Under the pieces are notes generated by a model. It was not told the DNA's origin. It worked only from the letters and a program-made list of their open reading frames with translations, and did no database searches. A stretch of 63,287 nucleotides of DNA, filler included, from Mustelus asterias (lineage: Eukaryota), in assembly GCF_964213995.1 (NCBI RefSeq). It is 3 parts of 3 records of this genome, joined end to end, with 100 filler letters (N's around TTAATTAATTAA, not from the genome) between each part and the next. Parts side by side here need not be neighbours in the genome. Positions count along the whole stretch, not along the records: positions 31,628 to 63,287 come from NC_135829.1; 2 more parts are not named here. One strand, written 5' to 3'. Shown piece after piece: positions 50,591 to 63,287 of the stretch; position 1 is the first letter of the stretch, and each line of letters starts with the position of its first letter. The position numbers were made by a program, and so were the translations under genes.

Positions 50591-51039
50591 GGTTACGTGG
50601 ATGGGGCCTGGGTGGGATTATAGAATCATAGAATCCCTACAGTACAGAAAGAGGCCATTCAGCCCATTGAGTCTGCACCGATCACAATCCCACCAGGCCC
50701 TACCCCCATATCCCTACATATTTTACCCACTAATCCCTCTAACCTAAGGAGCAATTTTAGCATAGCCAATCAACCTAACCCGCACATCTTCAGACTGTGG
50801 GAGGAAACCGGAGCACCCGGAGGAAACCCACGCAGACACGAGGAGAACGTGCAAACTCCACACAGACAGTGACCCAAGCCGGGAATCGAACCCAGGTCCC
50901 TGGAGCTGTGAAGTAGCAGTGCTAACCACTGTGCTACCGTGCCGCCCATTGTTGTCAATGCAGGCTTGATGGGCTGAATGGTCTCTTGATGTACTGTAGG
51001 GATTCCATTTCAGTCTCTCAGCCCCATTTATTAGTCTTT

Positions 51040-51690
51040 GAGCTGCTGAGGCGCTGCATCCTCCCGGCCGCTGGGTAGCGCTGCAGCGGTGGCGGGGATT
51101 CCGGCGCCGCTCTTGACCGCGGTCAGCGTCTCGTCGGCTGTTGGGAACTGGGCCTGGGATCAGCGGAGGAGCCGGAGCGGCGGGTGAGAGACACCGGGGG
51201 GAGCGGGGGCCCGGGACGCGGGGGGGGGGAGAGACCGGGGAGCGGGGACCCGGGGAGCGAGGAGAGAGAGAGCGGGGACCGGGAACAGGGGCCGCGGCCT
51301 GAGCCGAGCCCGGGACCCGGCTCTGTGAGCCCCGGCAGCACAGGCCCCGGTCTCGCTGGGCGCTGCGGCCGCCGCCTCACCCCGGGGCCCCGGGCCGCTG
51401 AGGGTCCCCTCCCTCCCCCCCGCGCCAGGCCCCGAGGCCGCAGCGCCCCGGCCTCTCCCCCGGGCGGAGGTTGTGAGGCGGCCGGAGCCGGGGCTCGGGT
51501 TCCCGGCCTGAGGGCAGGAAAATCCCCGAGTCACCGCCGCTGGTTTCGCTTTCGCTTCGTGGCGGCGCGGTCCGGGGGAGGAGGCCCGGGGGAGGAGGCT
51601 GGAGCCCGGGGACGGAGGAGGCCCGGGGGAGGAGGCCCGGGGGGGGGTAGGGGAGGGAGGAGGCGGGAAGGACCGGGGGGAGGGAGGGGG
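51040..51690. promoter_or_regulatory. PSMA4: CpG island, probable PSMA4 promoter and non-coding exon 1 (donor GTGAGA at 51184)
   Basis: Very high GC and CpG density in an otherwise CpG-poor region, upstream of the ATG exon. Confidence 0.8.
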
Positions 51691-51754
51691 ATGGAGTGTC
51701 TCCCCATTGAATTCAGCCTCTGTTTCTCCCCCAATATCCCCCTTGAATTGGTGA

Positions 51755-53100
51755 TTTAAAGTTTACTTATTCATTGTCACAAGTAGGCTTACATTAACAC
51801 CGCAATGAAGTTACTGTGAAAATCCCCTAGTCGCCGCACTCCGGCGCCTGTTCGGGTACACGGAGGGAGAATTTAGCACGGCCAATGTACCCTAACCAGC
51901 ACGTCTTTCAGGCTGTGGGAGGAAACCGGAGCACCCGGAGGAAACCCACGCAGACACGAGGAGAATGTGCAAACTCCACACGGACAGTGACCCAAGCCGG
52001 GAATCGAACCCGGCTCCCTGGAGCTGTGAGGCAGCAGTGCTAACCCACTGTGTCACCTAGTTAGGAAGGCAAATACAATGTTAGCATTCATTCTGAGAGG
52101 ACTAGAATACAAAAGCTGGGATGTGCTGCTGAGGCTTTATAAGGCTCTGGTCAGACCCCATTTGGAATATTGTGAGCAATTTTGGGCTCCGTATCTAAGG
52201 AAGGATGTCCTGGCCCAGGAGAGGGTCCAGAGGAGGTTCACGAGAATGATCCCGGGAATGAAAAGCTTGATGTATGAGGAGCGTTTGAGGACTCTGGGTC
52301 TGTACTCGATGGAGTTTAGAAGGATAAGTGGAGATCTCACTGAAACTTACAGAATACTGAAAGGCCTGGATAGAGTGGGCGTGAGGAAGATGTTTCCATT
52401 AGGAGGAGAGACTTGGATCCCAGGGCACAGCCTCAGAGTAAAGGGATGGTCCTTTAGAACCGAGATGAGGAGGAATTTCTTCAGCCAGAGGGTGGTGAAT
52501 CTGTGGAATTCATTGCCACAGGAGGAGGCCAGGTCATTGAGTGTCTTTAAGACAGAGATAGATAGATGCTTGATTGGGAAGGGGATCAAAGGTTATAGAG
52601 AAAAAGACAGGAGAATGGGGTTGTGAAACTTATCAGCTGTAATTGAATGACGGAACAGACCCGATGGGCTGAATGGCCTATTTCTGCTCCTATATCTTAC
52701 GGTCTTCTCCCCCCCCCCACCCACCCTCCCCCTTAACATTCAGTGGCATTACCACCACTGAATTCCCCACTATCAACATCCCAGGGGGCTGCCAGTGACC
52801 AGAAACTGAACTGGACTGGCCATATAAATACTGTGGCTGCAAGAGTTGGTCAGAGGCTAGGAATCCTGTGGTGAGTAACTCATCTCCTGACTCCCCAAAG
52901 CCTGTCCACCATCTACAAGGCACAAGTCAGGAGTGTGATGGAATACTCCCCACTTGCCTGGATGAGTGCGGCTCCAACAACACTCAAAGTTTGACACCAT
53001 CCAGGACAAAGCAACCACTTGATTGGTATTCCTTCCACAAACATTCAATCCCGCCACCACCGATGCACAGTAGCAGCCATGTGCACCATCTGCAGATGCA
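51755..53100. mobile_element. V-SINE (51755-52056 -) followed by CR1 fragments (52060-52700 and 52730-53100 +)
   Basis: LYKALVRPHLEYCEQFWAP, ERVQRRFTRMIPG, FFSQRVVNLWNSLP. Confidence 0.88.
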
Positions 53101-54714
53101 TCATAAGTATGGTAATAAAAGCAAAATACTGCAGATACTGGAGAATTGAAATAAAAGCAGAGTTCTACAAACAGTTAGCATTTCAAGTTTAATGTCACTT
53201 CAGGCCTGGTTCCGAGAAGAGTCATATTGGTCTCAGTGTTAGCTCTGTTACTCTGTCCATCATAAATATGATCTCAGATTGTCAGGTTGAGACATTTCTG
53301 CAACAATTGCAATGGATTTTTCATTGCTGATCCTTGATGGATTTACGTGGAGGTACACTACACTGCAGTCATCTGCAGAGGTGTGGTCAGTCGGGTATGA
53401 GAGTGCACCCCCCCCCGGTGCACTGCAGAAGATTCCAGGAGGTCAAATGGCCACCGGAAGTAGCTTTAAGTAAGATCGTCAATGATTGGCACTCGGAGGT
53501 AGCAGTCCTTTCGTGTCAGGCCCCGTCTTTGGGATTTGTATATTTGTCCAGTAAACCCTCACAGTTCAAAGTCTGGCAGCTTCTCCCACTTAAGGTCCCA
53601 AATGAGTTGGAGAAAAGGTGAATAATTTTTGAGTGCACTCCCTATTGTACTGCAGCTCCAACCCAGTCCCATGAGCTTCTGGCTGTTACCAGTCCTGGTC
53701 TGCCCTGTGCTGCATTATTTGGAGTACAGCTTCAGTGGGCAGGGTAAGCAACTTCTTTCCCTGCAGCCGCTTCCCTGGATAATATCCCAAACTTATACTA
53801 ATCCCTGCAAATTGTCATAATTCTCACACGCGCCCTCTAATTCCCAAAACTCCGCTCCGACCCTTGGACTTTTTATTCTGCTTTCCAACAAAATAAATTA
53901 TTTATCCTGGGAATGTTGTCCTCCGAGGAGCCCAATGTTCCAAGTTGCTGTCTAGCCACCAGTTGCTATTGGTGGAAAAAGCCCTGAAATCTAACAAGGT
54001 TCTCGTGTAGCCCTCTGCACCCGCCTGTATTCGGCCACATGGTCACTGGTAACAGATAAGGAAGTGGTGCAGTGGTATTGTCACTGGACTAGTAATCCAA
54101 AGCAAGATCTGGGACTCGGGCTCAAATCCCACCATGACAGATAGCAAATTGAATTCAGTAAAAATCTGCAATTAAAAGTCTAATGATGACCACATTGTCG
54201 ATTGTCGCAAAAACCCATCTGATTCATCAAAATCCTTTAATGTCCTGTGACTCCAGACCCACAGTGATGTGGTTGACTCTTAAATGCCCTCTGAAGAGGT
54301 CTATAGCAAGCCACTCAGTGCAAGGGCAGTTAGGGACGGGTAATAAATGCTGGCCCAGCCAGCGGTGCTCACATCCCATGTAAGAATTTTTTAAAAGTCC
54401 AATTGGCACGAAAAAGGATGTGTAAATTGACACGAGGTCTATAAATACTGTAGCTTAGCAGTATTAAATAGTTACCAAAATTTTCCAAAATTCAGCAAGC
54501 AGTTTTAAATACCCTTAAATTCTAATATTGATTAGATCAGACCATTGTGTGTTTTCGTTATAATGTGATTCTCTTTATCAAAGACCATTTTGAGATGGGT
54601 GTCTCACTGATTCACCACACTCTGGCAAACTAGAGTTGGAAAAGCAAGTTCTGTTTCTGCCAGAGGTGGTGAAGGTTTTGATTTGGATGGTGAATGCCTA
54701 CCATCATCAGTCAA

Positions 54715-56060
54715 TATACACTTTGGGATTCTGACAGTTCCACGTGTTACAAGATTGGCCCATTGGCAGCTTCATAAATGGGGCCAAGGCCATTTGCCAC
54801 CCTGTAAGCTTGATGCTGAAATAGGACATTTGGAAAGCATCCTGCGGGATAATGACTATCCTGATCAGATCATTTTGTGCTACATATCGTGCAAACTCGT
54901 GAATGGGCCTCAAGGCTGTCACCTTCAGCGCTGAGAAGGGCCCAGTCTACCTCAGATTACCCTGGGAGGACAAGCTGTCTCTCACTAGCTGTTTCACGCT
55001 GTTACTATGCAGTAACAACACAAATATTCTCCACTAACAGAATGCTGTCATCACGCTGAAAAGACATTCTGCCAATCGCACAAATGGATTACGGTGTATG
55101 AATTGCTGTGCCAGTGTGATGCCAGCTATGTAGGCAAAGGTTGGCTCATAATATCGTACAGCATGTCCCTTCCACTGTGCACAGACCATACCCAACCAGC
55201 TCGTACTTGCAAAATTTAAAACACAGTGTCCGGGACTAGATGAAATTCTGTGATTGGACAGCCTTTGCTAAATAATTCACATTGTGCTAAGAATCACACT
55301 GATAACCAATTTAAGATTATCAATCAGGCTGGCATTGTGGTGCATTTGCATGTATTGGAAGCTACATATATTAATACATAGGAATCCTGTTCTTTGCAGA
55401 CAGAAAGAACATGCATACACATTGCACCTGTTTCAGCTAAACAAAATAAGTGTCAGCCATTTGCTGGTTCATTCCCCAGTGAAACGCCTTGATCATCAAT
55501 CAGAGTCGAGCTCCCTGGTTTAAATTTCAAACTATGCTTGCCAGTTAACTTTCAGTCTCTTTCAACTGGTGCGTTCTCCATGCGAGTTCCTCTCCCCATC
55601 AGAGTCCACTTGCCAACCAATAGGCACTCTCTTCTCACACGATCTAAATTTGTTGATTTCTCCTGATGTTGATGTTAGAAATCATAGAAACCCTACAGTG
55701 CAGAAGGAGGCCATTCGGCCCATCGAGTCTGCACCGACCACAATCCCACCCAGGCCCTACCCCCACATATTTACCCGCTAATCCCTCTAACCTACGCATC
55801 CCAGGACTCTAAGGGGCAATTTTTAACCTGGCCAGTCAACCTAACCCGCACATCTTTGGACTGTGGGAGGAAACCGGAGCACCCGGAGGAAACCCACGCA
55901 GACACGGGGAGAATGTGCAAACTCCACACAGACAGTTAACCGAGCCGGGAATTGAACCCGGGACCCTGGAGCTGTGAAGCAGCAGTGCTAACCACTGTGC
56001 TACCGTGCCGCCCTTCTTGTGTGAATGTCCTGATGAGTGCAAGATGAACAGCTTCGACAA
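54715..56060 (+). mobile_element. Decayed Penelope-like element (RT C-terminus, GIY-YIG endonuclease, 3' hammerhead), interrupted by a V-SINE at about 55675-56012
   Basis: KLDAEIGHLESILRDNDYPDQII; VYLRLPW; VYELLCQCDASYVG at 55094-55135; QFKIINQA...LHVLEATYI...PVLCRQKE. Stops and frameshifts present. Hammerhead-like motif at 56026-56059. Confidence 0.85.
56026..56059 (+). ncRNA. Minimal hammerhead ribozyme remnant, probably inactive
   Basis: TGTC-CTGATGA-GT-GCAAG-AT-GAAC-AGCT-TC-GACA. Stem I TGTC/GACA and the CUGAUGA core are intact, but GAAA has become GAAC. Confidence 0.65.
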
Positions 56061-56753
56061 AAAATGTAATAGAAAGTGAAGCTTTTGTGGTTTTAGGCCT
56101 TGTAAAAATTCGAAACAAGTTTCCTAATAGATGTGGAATGGATTACAAATGCGCTTGGTAGCAGCTCGATTAAAATGTGTGGTGAGGTATACCACCCTCG
56201 GTTAAATCTCCATTCCCAGATGTGGCCCTCCAGCCGCAAGGTTTGCCCAGATGTGTGCGAGGACCATTCTGAGGACACAGAAAGCTGATCTTCTCAATTA
56301 AGTGAAACTTGTGCCTTAGGCTAAACAAATCTGTCATTATTTAGAAATTCATTCCAATTACAGGTTAACCAATATATTGTTGACTTTCAGATTTTCTGTG
56401 CAAATATGCTGGAAGCAACATTCTGCCAATGGAATGTAAACACATATTCGAATAGTTTAACATCTTTTATATTTGATAATCTCAGGGAAGGAGATTTGTA
56501 GTCCCTCCATATCTGTGACAGATCATTTGACCAACTTTATGAGACCCAATTTTAACCCATAAGTGAGTGGTTTTGAAGGGGCTAAACTGGGGCTAACTAT
56601 GTCTTCATATTGGAGAAATTCTGTTGCTGTTTATCTCAGAGTGGGTGATAATTGTAGAAAGTGTGTGTTTGTGTGTGTCTGTCTTGTCTGATATAGGAAC
56701 AAGTTAAAAATAAAAAATAAATGGCCACTTGGTTCACTGTATTCTCAAATTCC

Positions 56754-57094
56754 GTAAGAAGTCTCACAACACCAGGTTAAAGTCCAACAGGTTTATTTGG
56801 TAGCAAATACCATAAGCTTTCGGAGCTTGCTGCTCCTTCGTCAGATGGAGTGGTCTCTGTTCTCCAACAGTGCACAGACACAGAAATCAAGTTACAGAAT
56901 ATAGTATTCTGTAACTTGATTTCTGTGTCTGTGCACTGTTGGAGAACAGAGACCACTCCATCTGACGAAGGAGCAGCAAGCTCCGAAAGCTTATGGTATT
57001 TGCTACCAAATAAACCTGTTGGACTTTAACCTGGTGTTGTGAGACCTCTTACTGTGCTTACCCCAGTCCAACGCCGGTATCTCCACATCATGAC
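56754..57094 (+). mobile_element. Fold-back Penelope-type short element with 12-bp TSD
   Basis: 148-bp inverted arms (56754-56901 / 56905-57052, one mismatch seen), 3-nt loop, 42-nt unpaired extension. TTCTCAAATTCC duplicated at 56742-56753 and 57095-57106. Confidence 0.9.
56958..56996 (+). ncRNA. Minimal type I hammerhead ribozyme motif (mirror copy on - at 56810-56848)
   Basis: CCAT-CTGACGA-A-GGAGC-AGCAA-GCTCC-GAAA-GC-TT-ATGG: stem I CCAU/AUGG, stem II GGAGC/GCUCC, palindromic AGCU in place of helix III. Confidence 0.8.
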
Positions 57095-57408
57095 TTCTCA
57101 AATTCCAACAGCTTTGAGTTAAACGTCACATTGACTGAGATGTACATGTTAATGCTGGTTCTACTCAAACTTGTTTCTTGGCTGTTCCTTACGGATGAGC
57201 AAAACGAGGCCAAATTATCCCCTTCATCTGTGTCGACCTTCTGGTTGCAAGCTATTCTGTCTGAGTGCTTGATTAAAGCTTAACTGTGTTGTCAGCATTA
57301 AGAAGATATTCGGGACAGATACTGTCAGGTCTTGTTTCAGCAGAGTATCGCACACATTAACTAATTCCTTTTTCTGTTCCCAGATTTTTGATCTAACCTC
57401 AGAACACG

Positions 57409-61889
<4,481 letters not shown>

Positions 61890-62481
61890 TAAGATAATCC
61901 ATTAGTTTTGAATGAGCTTTCCCTCTGAAATAGTCTTCTTATCACACTCGAGTTTCATTCACAGCAGTTCGAATTTCAGAATGTTTTAATTGTTTGATGC
62001 CAAACTGCTCCTTGCAGCACATCACACCCACAGTGGAAACTGTTCTAGGATATCTCCCATCAGTAATCACAGCCCTGTCTCAGTCAAAGCACCCGCAATC
62101 CTTCAGTCATCCTCTAGTGACGACTGATCGTTCTCGAGCTGCAGGTTGTTGGTGCTGGGATCCTGGTGCCTAATGTTGACAGGAAGTAAACCCCTTAGCA
62201 AGTCCAGCATGAGGTCCATTGAGAGTAGAACCTCTTGCTACTCCACCACAGCAATATGCCTTAACATCAACTTCCCGAATGCCCACTGCAGAAGCATAAC
62301 ATTCACGGCCAACTTTGTCACCTTTTAAGTAAAGCTGCAGGTTCTTGGCCCCTGAGTGGATTTAGTACGTGGAGTCAGTGCCGTGAGGCCATGTACAATG
62401 CCCGCAGTGTACACAATCGACAGGATGCAAATCGCCACGGTTTTACCAGAACCTCCCAAACCCACGGTTTCCGACACCTGC

Positions 62482-62757
62482 GGGTGGCACAGTGGTTAGC
62501 ACTGCTGCCTCACAGCGCCAGGATCCGGGTTCGATTCCTGGCTTGGGTCACTGGCTGTGCGGTGTGTGCGCGTTTTCCCTGTGTCTGCCTGAGTTTCCTC
62601 CCACGGTCTGAAAGACGTACTGGTTAGGTGAATTGGCCATGCTAAATTCTCCCTCAGTGTACCCGAACAGGCGCCGGAGTGTGGCGACTAGGAGATTTTC
62701 ACAGTAACTTCATTACAGTGTTAATGTAAGTCTACTTATGACACTAATAAAATAAAC
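62482..62757 (+). mobile_element. V-SINE with the alternative tail
   Basis: Head GGGTGGCACAGTGGTTAGC; tail GGCGCCGGAGTGTGGCGACTAGG...ACACTAATAAA. Confidence 0.85.
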
Positions 62758-63287
62758 CTAGTAGGACAAGGGAAACATCTGCATGGAAACGGTGTCAGGT
62801 CCAAGTCCCAGACCATCTGACTCTGTATTCATTAATGGAATACAGGATTGGTTGGCACAGCCAGTATTTATTGATATTCTTGTACAGCATAGTAGCTTGC
62901 TGAGTCATTTCAGGGGGAAGTTAATCGTCCACATTGCTGTGGTTATGGAGTCACCCACAAACTAGTCAGGCAGGACACCCAGTTTCCTTCCCTAAAAAAC
63001 AGTGGTGAGTCAGATGGGTTTTACCGATAATCTGGTAGTTTCATGGTCACCATCTTCGAGACGAGCTTTCATTTCAGATTTAATTAACTGAATGTGAATT
63101 CCCCAGGCTGCCATGTTGGGATTTGAACTTGTGCCTCTGGATCATTAGTCCAGGCCTTTGGATTACTCGAGTAGTAACCTAACCACTATGATACCCACCC
63201 AACCCCAAGCTTGGAAATACGTCCCCCGGTGGCACAGTGGTTAGCACTGCTGCCTCGCAGCGCCAGGAACCCCGGTTCAATTCCAGC

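Noticed and set aside
51123-51759. GC-rich ORFs on both strands
   Set aside because: Stop-poor CpG island sequence at the PSMA4 promoter and first intron.

Overview
Eukaryotic, repeat-rich genomic DNA from a cartilaginous fish (shark-type Ig leader/V sequences and HE1/V-SINE plus CR1 repeats). The window is three blocks joined by identical 100-nt artificial spacers (44N-TTAATTAATTAA-44N at 14428-14527 and 31528-31627), so adjacency between blocks is unproven. Block A (1-14427) holds a shark IgM-type heavy-chain cassette on +: leader, VH already fused in frame to a D1-like segment that keeps a 22-bp-spacer RSS, a free 12/12 D2 and a 23-RSS JH. No C-mu exon is visible in the following 9.7 kb. 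Block B (14528-31527) holds a mosaic local duplication, G-rich satellites, CR1 fragments and two intact TCR alpha/delta V genes on - with 23-RSS. Block C (31628-63287) holds a complete HYKK coding sequence (4 coding exons, 373 aa) and the 5' part of PSMA4 with its CpG island. The most notable non-gene signals are two young fold-back elements in PSMA4 introns. Each has a 12-bp target-site duplication and an intact minimal hammerhead-ribozyme core on both strands, and one sits about 700 bp from a decayed Penelope (RT/GIY-YIG) element that ends in its own hammerhead. There is also a 52-bp minisatellite that grew out of a SINE core. All calls are from reading the sequence; no searches were run.
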